From: Eledone cirrhosa
Lineage: Eukaryota
Direction of reading: 5' to 3'
DNA length: 64,000 nt
NCBI GenBank assembly: GCA_964016885.1
Contig: OZ024743.1
Span: forward strand, 6,324,001-6,388,000
Shown here: piece after piece, positions 28,545 through 42,700 of the stretch
Layout of the letters: every line of letters starts with the position of its first letter
Numbering within the stretch: position 1 is the stretch's first letter
Translations under genes and position numbers: made by a program
The notes under the pieces: model-generated
Seen by the model: only the letters and a program-made list of their open reading frames with translations
Databases searched by the model: none
What the model was told of the DNA's origin: nothing

Positions 28545-29453
28545 CGATTACCTGTACTAGACACAGAGCTCTGGTTAGATACCATTAATAACAAAAAACA
28601 AATCCTTCATTCCCATTATGCCAAACCCATGACTTCCAAACATCTGATCCACCGAAACTCGGCCGTTTCGGACCATACCAAAATCAACATACTGATTGCG
28701 GATTTGGTACGGGTGATGAGAAACGTGTCTGGCTACAATCAGAGAGATAAAATCAGAGTGTATAGAGGAGCCAGAACCAAATGGGAAAAAATGGTAAATA
28801 ATGACATAAATGGGACCTGCCCCTTGTATAGGAGCAAATTTTGGAATAGAATAGAAAGAACTAGGAACAAGGCTAATAGAATAAACTCATGGTATGATAG
28901 CAATAAATACCAGAGTGTAATGTTCATCGATACAACCCCTAGAGGTGAATTAGCTTACAAATTTAGAAGGGCCCTAGATAAACATAAACTCAATATTAAG
29001 ATAGTAGAAAGACCAGGTACCTCCGTAAAAACACTTATTAGCAAGACATACCCTTTTCAAAGACCCTCATGTATAGATAAGAAATGTATAACCTGTAAAA
29101 TAAGCCCCCATATTAACTGTAAAATTAGAAATGTAGTGTATAGCATAAGATGTACTGAAGGACAATGTAGAGACAAAAATATAGTGTACATAGGTGAGAC
29201 AGCTCGTAGTGTAGGGGAACGGATAAATGAACACTGGCGAGACCTTCAAGATAGTAAAGAATCATCTGTACTCTACCAACATGCTAAAATAGAACACAAG
29301 GGTAAATTAGAGAACATAGAAATAAAAATAGAATCTACACACAGAAAAGACGCAATGTTTAGACAAATCACAGAGGCAATAAACATAAAAGAATTACAAC
29401 CAAAATTAAATAGAAAATATGAGTGGAACAGCAACATCACAACTTACAATTAA
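28545..29453 (+). pseudogene. PLE RT-thumb + GIY-YIG endonuclease fragment
   Basis: LPVLD, YAKPMTSK, CIDKKCITC linker, NVVYSIRC...VYIGETARSVGERINEH, RQITEAINI...PKLN; the ORF start at 28392 is only read-through from the inverted pLTR. Confidence 0.88.
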
Positions 29454-29654
29454 GGACAAAATGAAAACACACACACACATAGAACAAACAACCAACCAGT
29501 AACATGTAAATAAACAAATAAATAAATGAACATAAACACACACAGACACCCGGATGTGGCGCATGCGCAGACTGAGCACACAACACACACACAGAAACAA
29601 AATGGCGTAGGACAGAACAAAGGAGAGGCACAGAAACAAAGAAAGGAATCCCCA

Positions 29655-29697
29655 GTCACTGAAGAGGTCACAGAGTGTGTGACGAAAGAACTATGAC
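29655..29697 (+). ncRNA. Minimal hammerhead ribozyme (mirror copy 28334-28376 -)
   Basis: GTCA-CTGAAGA-G-GTCACA gagtg TGTGAC-GAAA-GAAC-TA-TGAC. Confidence 0.75.
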
Positions 29698-29899
29698 AAT
29701 ATATAAACAATTATCTGGTTGTGGAACCAACCAACCAACCAACCAGAAATTTATAAATTTATAAATTTATTATAATAAATTGAAGTGAAAGCAACTGGTG
29801 CGTGTGTTTCTTATTGGCAACATGACCCTCCCAAAGTATAACAATATCGGTTTCAACACACGATTTCAGATAAAGAATCTTGCTAAACAAATTCAGAAA

Positions 29900-30009
<110 letters not shown>

Positions 30010-30022
30010 ATGTATATGTATG

Positions 30023-30067
<45 letters not shown>

Positions 30068-30374
30068 GTGTGTGTGTGTGTATTTATTTTTACGTATGTA
30101 TGTGTATGTGCAATTGTGTGTATTGCTTACCACGTGTGTTTGTTCATTTATTTGTTGCCTGTATCACTGTCAACTTTATAATAATTTTTATATTCATTGT
30201 TATTCTTATGTGACGGTATATTTATTATATTTTTCTTATAATTATTTGTGCGTGTGCGTATGTAGGTGTGTGTACATATATCTATATTTGTGCATGCTTA
30301 TGTATGCGTGTATATATGTGTGTATGTATGTGTGTATATGTACGTGTGTGTATATATGTATGATTGTTTGTATG

Positions 30375-30417
<43 letters not shown>

Positions 30418-30419
<2 letters not shown>

Positions 30420-31025
30420 CAGGTCACCAGTTGGTGCTACTGGTAACATGTATCCCAGTACAACCTGTCTCATGGTCGGGTCGTTGGCGACTAAACTGGC
30501 AACCCTACCAAGGTTTCTTGGTGAGGAGGGTGACTTTGGACATCCTGCAGGACTAAAAGCAAAACCTGTCAAAGGGCAAAGGAGCTCTTAAGAGTCAATG
30601 GTCATCCAAAATCAACGGGAGAGATGACCCATTAGCCTTTGTCAAGGCAGAATTCTAGGAGAAGGAAAACTGTGATATAACACCTGCAACCCTCATGGTA
30701 TCCAATTATGTTGACTTGTTCTTCTTTTTGGTAAATATCATCTTGGTTAAGAGAGTGGGACTGGCTTTGTGCAGTGCCTTTGCTCACTATAAAAGCTTCA
30801 CGGCACAGGCATTGCTTTACATCTGGAGATCTCTCTGCACTTGTCGTCACATGGTACCATGGGCCCAGCACTATGTGTCAGTAATTGTCACAAGTGTAGT
30901 GTTTGTACCAGAGTTTTCAAGTCGCTGGCTGAACTAAAAAGTCACAGTCGTTCAGCGCATCAGTAGGGTTTCTCCTACATGGATATAAAGTAGTGGCCGT
31001 ACTCGAAAACGAGTTGGCAGTCACC
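30418..31025 (+). mobile_element. Probable internally deleted RTE derivative (putative 5' UTR joined to zinc-finger 3' end)
   Basis: 3' part encodes CSVCTRVFKSLAELKSHSRSAH* and ends ggccgtactcgaaaacgag like 10880; 5' part recurs at 60319-60408. Confidence 0.55.
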
Positions 31026-31033
31026 ATATATAT

Positions 31034-31477
31034 ATAATATATAAGATCAAAAGATGGTTAAAAGAGTTCCATGTATTTTATTATGCGCATTTCAAAAACA
31101 AATATCATCATGCGATGACATTTGCGTTTTCGTCAGATAAAATAGGGAGACATGATATGAAGGTTAAAAAACACTTGTGAATAGTGGTGTTTTAAATCAA
31201 CATATCATATGATATCATATGATATGTTGATTTAAAACAGCACTATTCACAAGTGTTTTTTAACCTTCATATCATGTCTCCCTATTTTATCTGACGAAAA
31301 CGCAAATGTCATCGCATGATGATATTTGTTTTTGAAATGCGCATAATAAAATACATGGAACTCTTTTAACCATCTTTTGATCTTATATATTATTTATACT
31401 CCAGTCCTACAAACTGTAGAGTGCAACTTATCCGATATCTGCATTGCTTTATTGTACTACTATAAAACTCACCTCCT

Positions 31478-31478
<1 letters not shown>
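31034..31478. mobile_element. 360-bp near-perfect palindrome (31034-31393, centre 31213/4) plus tail; minimal PLE insertion
   Basis: One mismatch seen between arms, no spacer; HHR in each arm; (TA)n or (CA)n flanks. Confidence 0.85.
31283..31353 (+). ncRNA. Hammerhead ribozyme with intact core (mirror 31074-31144 -)
   Basis: TATTTTAT-CTGACGA-AAACGCAAATGTCATC gcat GATGATATTTGTTTTT-GAAA-TGCGCA-TA-ATAAAATA. Confidence 0.85.
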
Positions 31479-31572
<94 letters not shown>

Positions 31573-32392
31573 TAAACAAATAATGAATAAAACAATGAAA
31601 CAGTTCCTTATATTAAACAAAAAAAGTTCATTATTTAACGATCGTTTCTAGGATATATATGTGTTAGAATTGGCATGCATATTCAACAGATCTATGTACA
31701 AAATTATACAAAATTATACAAACTATCAAGATTAAATATACATACCAAACACACATATATGCCGTCTTCAGAAATAATGAAATATATTTATTGATAATAA
31801 CAACAATTCAAAATTTCAGGTCCGTTTGGGAACGGAGTTCAAATTGACCAATGAAAATACAAAAATTTTTTTATGCAGTTTGGTGTGTGCATATACATGT
31901 AATTAACTTCGTACACATATTTATACAAAGATATATGCTCAACATGCATACGCATGCCAAAAAGATGTATGCAAATACAAAAATTCAAGGCTAATGTCTC
32001 TGTAAGTTTATAATCCACAGATAAAATGCGTATAGACACATAAATATGAAATAAGTGTATACACATATTCACATACACACACATATCCGTACACTCACAC
32101 ACACACGCGCGTATATGCATAAACATACACATAATTACGAACATACATACACACACACACCCCCACACACATATATATGTGGATATAATATTATCATAAG
32201 CACATGGATATTAATGCACGCACATATACACTGCCACACACATTTAGATCAAGATACAGAAATTAGGTGGGAGGGGGGGAGAGGTCAGTATTCAACGGTT
32301 TCGGCAGACTGCTTATTTATAGATGTATCTATAAGCTTAGAAATAAAAAGAAAAGAAAAGAAAAAGAAAAAAGAAAAAAGAAATATATCAAG

Positions 32393-32446
<54 letters not shown>

Positions 32447-32915
32447 TACACATACAACACACACACACACACATATATAAACATATACATATATACATAC
32501 ACACATATACACACATACATATATATATATATATACACACATATATACACATATATACACACACACATATATACACACACATATATACACATACACGCAC
32601 ATATACATACACATACATACTTATATACATACAGACATACACATACATACATATATATACACACATATACATACAGACATACATACATACATACACACAT
32701 ACAACCATACATACACACACATACATACTCATACATAGACATAGATATATATTCACACACACATACGCACTTACATATACGCATATATACAAATACTTAC
32801 GCATCCATATATCCGTATATACATACAAACACCACTACACTCTCACACAACTCAGACATACAAAGAAAAAGGTATATACATATACATATACACATACAAA
32901 TAGAGATACATATAC

Positions 32916-32948
<33 letters not shown>

Positions 32949-34043
32949 CACATATATATACATATATATATACATACATATACATACACGTACACACACA
33001 TACACATACATACATACACACATACACACATATATATATATTTTCACACACACACACACACCTACACATACATACACATACACATATATAAAGATATATA
33101 TACACACACATACACACACACATATATAATAAACATATATATATATATATATATACACATATATATATATATATATACACATATACATACACATATAGAT
33201 ACATACATACAGATACATACATACATATACACACATATATATATACACACATACACACATACATACATACACACACACATACATACACACACATACATAT
33301 TCATACATAGACATAGATATATATTCACACACACATACGCACTTACATATACGCATATATACAAATACATACGCATCCATATATGCGTATATACATACAA
33401 ACACCACTACACTCTCACACAACTCAGACATACAAAGAAAAAGGTATATACATATACATATATACACACATAAATAGAGATACATATACACATATATATA
33501 TATATATACATACATATATATATATATACCCACACACACATACAACCATAAACACACATACTAACACATACATACACACATATATACATATATATACACA
33601 CACACAAAAACACACATACACATATATATTTACATATATATATATATACATACATATACACACCTTCACATACATATATATATACACATAAGTTATATTA
33701 TAATAATAAATAATATATATATATACACGTACAAATATATATATACATAGACATACATATATATATATACACACACACACACACACTCACATATATATGT
33801 GCGCACACGTACATATATACACATACACACATATACACATAAACATATACATGTGCATACATGTACATACACACATATACCCACATAGATACGAAGATAC
33901 ACATATATATAGAGAGACATACATATACATACACATATATACACACACATATATACACACATATATATACACACACATACACGCCCACACACACATACAC
34001 ATATACATATATATATATATACATATACACACATATATATACA

Positions 34044-34093
<50 letters not shown>

Positions 34094-34373
34094 ATCATAC
34101 ATTTTTATTTGCATGCGCATATATGTATTTTTATACTCAGATATAAACACCCAAACATATATACACCTACCTACATATATATTCATACATACACGCTTAC
34201 AAATACAGATGATAATAGTATGGGGGAAAGGGGGGGGGTGGAGAAGGGGATTATAGTAAATATATGTTTCAAGAAACATAGAATATTAATCTGTATTTGG
34301 ATCTCAATATATGTTTTTACATAGTTTCAGTGTTAGGAAATGCAAGAAATAAGGCAAAATTATGCATTTCAAA

Positions 34374-34977
34374 CCACAAATACCATCAAATCTTAAATAG
34401 GTCTACAGTTAAATTCTCATACTCAACAACAAATAACATAAAACAAAATATAAGTGCCTATAATGCATATAAATGTAAGAAAACCATAAGTATACCACCA
34501 ATACATCAAACTAACCATAATATCTCCTCAAATACAGAATTAACGAAAGGTTGTAACTGTAGAAACAAAGCAAACTGCCCATTAAAAGGGAATTGTCTTG
34601 TTAACAACATAGTCTATAAATGTAATGTTAAAACTAAAGATTCTATTTGCTCATATATAGGAGCTACTTCTAACAATTTTAAGACAAGGTTTAATACCCA
34701 CAAGCATAGTTTTAAAAATGCCGCACTGGCTAATACAACATCTCTAGCAGAAAAAATCAATAGTTATAAAAATAAGAATATAGAATATGATTTGACCTGG
34801 AGTGTGCTCAAAAGAGCCACCCCTTATCAAAATAATAGAAATGAATGTAGATTATGTTCCCAAGAACTATTTGAAATAATGAAATCTAAGGATATCCTAT
34901 TAAATAAACGACAGGAATTAATTATATCGTGTAATCATAAACTAAAAAAAACATTTAAATATTATAAACCTAATTAA
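34374..34977 (+). pseudogene. Naiad-like linker + GIY-YIG endonuclease (5'-truncated, uninterrupted frame)
   Basis: HKYHQILNRSTVKFSYS, CxC-x5-C-x5-C linker (CNCRNKANCPLKGNC), IVY...SYIGAT, FKTRFNTHKHSF, CRLC...E, LNKRQE...CNH. Confidence 0.9.
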
Positions 34978-36180
34978 TAACATTATTTTAGAAATTAATA
35001 TATAATTTAATTTAAATGTTAGTTAACCTATAAATTTAATTTAATTAAAATTCTACTACAGATGAGAATATAAAATATTGTGTAATCATAAATTGTGAAA
35101 AACCTTTAAATATTACTAATATATACTTAGTAATTTAATTTATAGATTAATTTTAATTTATTTAACCCTTTATTAAAATTCCTTTACAGATAAAATATAA
35201 CAAAATATCGTGTATTCAATGACAGAGAAATAATTTTTAGTATTATAGACCTAATTAATATACATTTTAGAAATATATTTATAATTTGGTTTTAAATTTA
35301 GTCAACCTAAAAATTTAATTTAATTGGCTTAAAATTAGTATCCTAATACAGACGGATTGCAGAGTGTCATGTAATCATAGAATGGGATGTGTTTTGGATG
35401 TATACCTAGTTAATATATTCTTTGCAATTTTTGAAAAAATATGTATATGTATGTATGTATATGTATGTGTATGTATGTATATATATGTGTATATATATAT
35501 ATGTGTATGTATATGTATATGTATATGTATTAATTTTGATTTCTATTTGCATATAATTGTATTCTGCTATTGATAAAATACAATATCTGTTTTATTTATT
35601 ATATACCTAATTAACATATACTATAGAAATTAATATATAATTTTTAATTTAGTTAACCTATAATTTATATTCTACTACCGATGTAATACTTTATTTGTTT
35701 TTTCCCTATTACTAAATTCATTTCCTAATATTGATACCATAACGTTAATATTTTTAATTTAGTTATACTATAATTAATACTCTACTACTATTTAACTTCA
35801 AAATTCTGCTTCAAATATCATAAACCTAACTAATTTACACCTTAGAAATCAATATGTTAACTATCTTTAGTTTAGTTAACCTATAATTAATGGTATACTT
35901 ATTTTGAAATGCATAATTTTGCCTTATTTCTTGCATTTCCTAACACTGAAACTATGTAAAAACATATATTGAGATCCAAATACAGATTAATATTCTATGT
36001 TTCTTGAAACATATATTTACTATAATCCCCTTCTCCACCCCCCCTTTCCCCCATACTATTATCATCTGTATTTGTAAGCGTGTATGTATGAATATATATG
36101 TAGGTAGGTGTATATATGTTTGGGTGTTTATATCTGAGTATAAAAATACATATATGCGCATGCAAATAAAAATGTATGAT

Positions 36181-36232
<52 letters not shown>

Positions 36233-37108
36233 TGTATATATATGTGTGTATATGTATATATATATATATGTATATGTGTATGTGTGTGTGGGCGTGTATG
36301 TGTGTGTATATATATGTGTGTATATATGTGTGTGTATATATGTGTATGTATATGTATGTCTCTCTATATATATGCGTATCTTCGTATCTATGTGGGTATA
36401 TGTGTGTATGTACATGTATGCACATGTATATGTTTATGTGTATATGTGTGTATGTGTATATATGTACGTGTGCGCACATATATATGTGAGTGTGTGTGTG
36501 TGTGTGTATATATATATATGTATGTCTATGTATATATATATTTGTACGTGTATATATATATATTATTTATTATTATAATATAACTTATGTGTATATATAT
36601 ATGTATGTGAAGGTGTGTATATGTATGTATATATATATATATGTAAATATATATGTGTATGTGCGTTTTTGTGTGTGTGTATATATATGTATATATGTGT
36701 GTATGTATGTGTTTGTATGTGTGTTTATGGTTGTATGTGTGTGTGGGTATATATATATATATGTATGTATATATATATATATGTGTATATGTATCTCTAT
36801 TTATGTGTGTATATATGTATATGTATATACCTTTTTCTTTGTATGTCTGAGTTGTGTGAGAGTGTAGTGGTGTTTGTATGTATATACGCATATATGGATG
36901 CGTATGTATTTGTATATATGCGTATATGTAAGTGCGTATGTGTGTGTGAATATATATCTATGTCTATGTATGAATATGTATGTGTGTGTATGTATGTGTG
37001 TGTGTATGTATGTATGTGTGTATGTGTGTATATATATATGTGTGTATATGTATGTATGTATCTGTATGTATGTATCTATATGTGTATGTATATGTGTATA
37101 TATATATA

Positions 37109-37139
<31 letters not shown>

Positions 37140-37325
37140 GTTTATTATATATGTGTGTGTGTATGTGTGTGTATATATATCTTTATATATGTGTATGTGT
37201 ATGTATGTGTAGGTGTGTGTGTGTGTGTGAAAATATATATATATGTGTGTATGTGTGTATGTATGTATGTGTATGTGTGTGTACGTGTATGTATATGTAT
37301 GTATATATATATGTATATATATGTG

Positions 37326-37358
<33 letters not shown>

Positions 37359-37827
37359 GTATATGTATCTCTATTTGTATGTGTATATGTATATGTATAT
37401 ACCTTTTTCTTTGTATGTCTGAGTTGTGTGAGAGTGTAGTGGTGTTTGTATGTATATACGGATATATGGATGCGTAAGTATTTGTATATATGCGTATATG
37501 TAAGTGCGTATGTGTGTGTGAATATATATCTATGTCTATGTATGAGTATGTATGTGTGTGTATGTATGGTTGTATGTGTGTATGTATGTATGTATGTCTG
37601 TATGTATATGTGTGTATATATATGTATGTATGTGTATGTCTGTATGTATATAAGTATGTATGTGTATGTATATGTGCGTGTATGTGTATATATGTGTGTG
37701 TATATATGTGTGTGTGTATATATGTGTATATATGTGTGTATATATATATATATATGTATGTGTGTATATGTGTGTATGTATATATGTATATGTTTATATA
37801 TGTGTGTGTGTGTGTGTTGTATGTGTA

Positions 37828-37899
<72 letters not shown>

Positions 37900-38510
37900 C
37901 TTGATATATTTCTTTTTTCTTTTTTCTTTTTCTTTTCTTTTCTTTTTATTTCTAAGCTTATAGATACATCTATAAATAAGCAGTCTGCCGAAACCGTTGA
38001 ATACTGACCTCTCCCACCCACCCACCTAATTTCTGTATCTTGATCTAAATGTGTGTGGCAGTGTATATGTGCGTGCATTAATATCCATGTGCTTATGATA
38101 ATATTATATCCACATATATATGTGTGTGGGGGTGTGTGTGTGTATGTATGTTCGTAATTATGTGTATGTTTATGCATATACGCGCGTGTGTGTGTGAGTG
38201 TACGGATATGTGTGAGTATGTGAATATGTGTATACACTTATTTCATATTTATGTGTCTATACGCATTTTATCTGTGGATTATAAACTTACAGAGACATTA
38301 GCCTTGAATTTTTGTATTTGCATACATCTTTTTGGCATGCGTATGCATGTTGAGCATATATCTTTGTATAAATATGTGTACGAAGTTAATTACATGTATA
38401 TGCACACACCAAACTGCATAAAAAAATTTTTGTATTTTCATTGGTCAATTTGAACTCCGTTCCCAAACGGACCTGAAATTTTGAATTGTTGTTATTATCA
38501 ATAAATATAT

Positions 38511-38665
38511 TTCATTATTTCTGAAGACGGCATATATGTGTGTTTGGTATGTATATTTAATCTTGATAGTTTGTATAATTTTGTATAATTTTGTACATAG
38601 ATCTGTTGAATATGCATGCCAATTCTAACACATATATATCCTAGAAACGATCGTTAAATAATGAA
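38511..38665 (+). ncRNA. Extended-stem-II hammerhead, copy 2
   Basis: Same architecture and length as 22441-22595. Confidence 0.75.
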
Positions 38666-38857
38666 CTTTTTTTGTTTAATATAAGGAACTGTTTCATTGT
38701 TTTATTCATTATTTGTTTAATATTTTATCTTGACTCTGTATTCCGTTTATCTTTCACGGAAAGTGATTTTTCATTGCATCTCTTCTTTCCATGATATCCG
38801 GAATACATTGAGTTCTTCATACGGATTGGACACTACCGTAAACTCTTGGTAGATTTA

Positions 38858-38895
<38 letters not shown>

Positions 38896-39198
38896 TGTGT
38901 GTGTGTGTGTGTTTGTGTATCTGTGTGTATGTGTATGTATGGATATGTTGATATATATGTGTGTGTCTATGTATGTGTATACGTATGTGTTTGTATATAT
39001 ATATATATACACATATATATGTGTGTGTGTGTATGTGTGTGTGTATATGTGTGTGTATGTATATATGTGTGTGTATGTAATTGTGTGTGTGTGTGCATGT
39101 GTGTTTATTTTTCCTTTCCTTCTTCCTTTTCCAGCCTCACTTTCATATAGATTATATTTTTGTTTTAAAATCTAGTGTCAATAAATACACCAGGATTT

Positions 39199-39259
39199 TT
39201 TCATTCTGATGATTCAAAGCAAAATTTGTTTGCTTTTAAGAAACCACTGGTAAATGAAA
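39199..39259 (+). ncRNA. Canonical-core hammerhead in a solo pLTR of another family (~38895-39290)
   Basis: TTTCATT-CTGATGA-TTcAAAGCAAA atttg TTTGCTTTtAA-GAAA-CCAcTGG-TA-AATGAAA. Confidence 0.85.
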
Positions 39260-39296
39260 TAATTGCCTTATGTTGTTTATTACATAATTATATATA

Positions 39297-41165
39297 CCGT
39301 TCCAAACGGAAGAATATCTCACGGGGCGAACTCCTCGCTCTCCGCTCCCTCCGTAGCCGAGATGACATCGTCATCAAACCGGCGGACAAGGGAGGTGCCG
39401 TGGTGGTGTGGCGCGCGGACCTCTACACGGCCGAAGCCCTCAGGCAGCTCCGTAACCCCCTCTTCTACCGCCCCCTACCCTCCGATCCCACACCCCTCTA
39501 CCAACAACAAGTTTACTCCACCATCCAACACCTTGTCTCCTCCTCCGTCCACCCCCACCGCTTCCCACCTCATCGTCCGCACCCCCCGCACCCCCACCAT
39601 CTACTTCCTCCCCAAACTCCACAATCCCGGCCGCCCCATCGTCTCCGCTTGCAACTGCCCCACCGAACTCATCTCCGCCTTTCTCGACTCCATCCTCGCG
39701 CCCCTTGTCACCACCCTCCCCTCCCACATCTCCGACACCAACCACGCCCTGCGCCTTTTCGACTCCTTCACCTACCCACCCGGCCCACAGCCCTTCCTCT
39801 TCACCCTAGACATCAAGTCCCTTTATACCGTCATCCCCCCACGCCGACGGCCTACGCGCCCTCAAACATTACCTCGACCTTCGCCCCTCCCCCATTCCCT
39901 CCACCCCCACCCTCCTTCGCCTCGCCGAGCTGGTCCTCACCCTCAATTGTTTCTCCTTCTCGGGTGAGTTTTACCAACAGGTCACGGGGGTAGCCATGGG
40001 TACAAGAATGGGTCCGAACTATGCCAACCTCTTTGTTGGCCATGTTGAGGCCCAAATCTTTGCCCAGTACACCGGCCCCACGCCCGAACTGTACGGTCGT
40101 TAGATCGACGACTGTATCGGAGCCACGACCCTCACCCGAGAACAGCTCGACTCCTTTCTCTCCTTCTTCTGCTCCTTCCACCCCTCCCTCCACTTCACCA
40201 CCTCTATCTCCACCACCCACGTCCACTTCTTAGACATCTCCGTCGCTTTCGACCCCTCCCATCACTCCCTCGTCACTTCCGCCTTCTTCAAACCCACCGA
40301 TTCCCACTCTTACCTCGACTTCACCTCTTCCCACCCCACACACACTAAACACTCTATCCCCTACTCCCAACTCCTCAGGATCCGCCGTCTCTGTAGCCGA
40401 GATGCTGACTTCGAGTCCCAGGCCCTTTCCCTAGTCAGCCATTTCAACCGCAGAGGTTACCCCCCTCTCTCGTCCACACCGCTCTCACCCGCGCCCGTGC
40501 TGTCCACCGCTCCACCACCCTCACCCCACACCACCGCACACCCACCCACCGTCTCCCCTTCCCCATCACCTACCACCCCTCCACCATACCCCTCCACCGC
40601 ACCATCCGCCGCCTCTTCCGACGCCTCCAGTCCGACCCCTCCACCTCCCACATCTTCCCAACCCAACCACTCCCCTCCTTCAAACGCGCACGCAATATCC
40701 GCACCCTCCTCGTCCACAGCTCCCTACACCCCAACCCACGCTCCCCCCGGTTCCTTTCCCTGTTCTAGGCCCCGCTGAAACACCTGTCCCCACATCACCA
40801 ACACCACCACCTTCCAGGGTCCCAACGGCCACTCTCTCTCTGTCCGGCATGCCTTCCGCTGCACCTCCTCCAACCTAGTCTACGGACCTGGCTGCACGGA
40901 GTGCAGCGCGACTTACGTCGGACAGACGGGACGTCGCCTGGCGGACAGATTCACTGAGTACCTCCGGGATATTCGTCTCGGTGGTAGTTCCCCCATCGCC
41001 CGCCACTTTGGTGCCTCTGGACATTCCGCACGCCATCTCACAGTCTGTAGCCTACTCCAATGCCACGGAACACCCGCCAATCTCCTCAGAGTTGAACAAA
41101 GAACCATCTTCATCTTACAGACCCACACTCGCCCCGACCTGAACTCCCCACCCTTATTCCTTTAG
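39297..41165 (+). pseudogene. Neptune-like RT + GIY-YIG endonuclease with frameshifts and stops
   Basis: IKPADKGGAVVV, YFLPKLH..PGRPIVS, LDIKSLYT, GVAMGTRMGPNYANLF, *IDD, KPTDSHSYL, SIPYSQLLRIRRLCS, FRCTSSNLVY, YVGQTGRRL. Confidence 0.9.
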
Positions 41166-42463
41166 CCTTCGACCCCCCTCCCCCCACACACATATATCCC
41201 CCACTAACACACCCCTCCTTTTCACCGCCCACCCCACAACTAACAATACTAACACCTCCACTCCACCCCTCATCCGACCACCCTTCCCCAACTAACATAC
41301 TAACATCCCTCCCTTCTTCTCCTCCCCCTCCTTATCACACACACACCGGCACATATATACACGCGCTCACACTAAACACACACCCTACTACCACCACTAA
41401 CCCTCACCCCCACACATCCACCCCACCACCCCGCAACTAACATCACTAACACCCCTGACCCCAAGCACACGAACACACGCACCCACTTACACCACCCACC
41501 CTACACGCAACTAACATCACTAACACCCCCCAACCCCACGCACACGTACACACACACCCTCTTACACCACCAACTCTACACACCCTACCACCACTAACCC
41601 CCACTCACACCCGCATTCAACCCTTTCTCCACCTCCCGTATACTAACACCCACTAACACCTCTACTAATACACACACACCCCCTCCTCACTCCAACTTTC
41701 ACACCTACCCATCCTCGCCCCTTTACCATTCCACCCTATTGCTGCTATGCCCTCTGACCACCTCCCAACACACACAGACACACAGCACTCCTACTGCCTT
41801 GACCACTTCCTGTTGCGCGCGCACCCCACATCTCCCCTCTTCCGACCATCTCTTCACGGATTACTCGTATGTGGACCTTGACCGCGGAATCAACTACCAT
41901 CCTAGGATTTTACTAACCATTCCACCACATCTTCTTACGGAATCACCTTTATGACTCACCCACAAATACACCCCAAAAAAATTTTTTTTCCCACACGCCA
42001 CCTACACCCACAACACGCTTAAACCCCACACACACGTGCGTTCCACCACATATATACACATTCAGCCTCCGGATTCCTCTCCCCCACCCCTCTATCAACA
42101 CACGCACACACACTCCGACTTACACCCCACCCCCCACACACCTCTTCCTGAACATGCAATCCCATTCTTCCCCCAACCCTTGCTTTCACATACACACAAA
42201 CACACACACGTACACCTACACACACACACCACCTTCAGCCCTCCACGCTCGGACACCCAGTCTCCCTCTCCCCACTCCACCCGCCACCACCCCTACACGC
42301 CCCACACCCTTCCACCACCTGTTTTACCCCATTTTAATTTTATTTTGATCATGCTTTTATTTTTAATTTCATTCGCACCGTTTCCTCCCACCCCCTTTTC
42401 GCTATATGTCTCTCCACCACTCCCCTACACACTCTTTGAACTCTCTCCCCACACACTTTTCAC

Positions 42464-42491
42464 CTGAAGAAGGGCTTATGCCCGAAACGTC
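42464..42491 (+). ncRNA. Minimal hammerhead core of the Neptune pLTR
   Basis: CTGAAGA-A-GGGC ttat GCCC-GAAA-CG-TC; stem I not evident. Confidence 0.65.
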
Positions 42492-42582
42492 ATTCCCCAC
42501 CACCACCCCACTCTCAAGAGCGTAAAATTAATAAACATTCGTTGTACTGCCTCTCTGTTTTGTTCCTGTTCAAATTTTCCAT

Positions 42583-42700
<118 letters not shown>

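Larger units (their letters stand above)
31564..38860 (+). mobile_element. Naiad-like PLE insertion copy 2: inverted arm 31564-34373, EN fragment, ~3.9-kb 3' region, tail 38729-38860
   Basis: 31564-34373 is the reverse complement of 35903-38728 (~2.8 kb); HHR at 38511-38665 (+) and 31627-31781 (-). Confidence 0.92.

Noticed and set aside
28185-29835. TIR DNA transposon carrying an endonuclease
   Set aside because: The inverted repeats are HHR-bearing pLTRs and the ORF is the 3' part of the RT-containing PLE at 49312-51791.
34297-34373. N-terminus of a standalone 226-aa GIY-YIG gene
   Set aside because: This segment belongs to the inverted arm; the ORF start is a chance read-through across the junction.
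40776-40778. In-frame TGA at a conserved Cys of the Neptune linker (possible selenocysteine)
   Set aside because: The same copy has TAG in YIDD and several frameshifts, and no SECIS was identified; a TGC>TGA decay mutation is simpler.
41190-41700. Telomeric repeats (ctaacc-like)
   Set aside because: Scattered cactaac motifs within the Neptune 3' UTR, not (CCCTAA)n.
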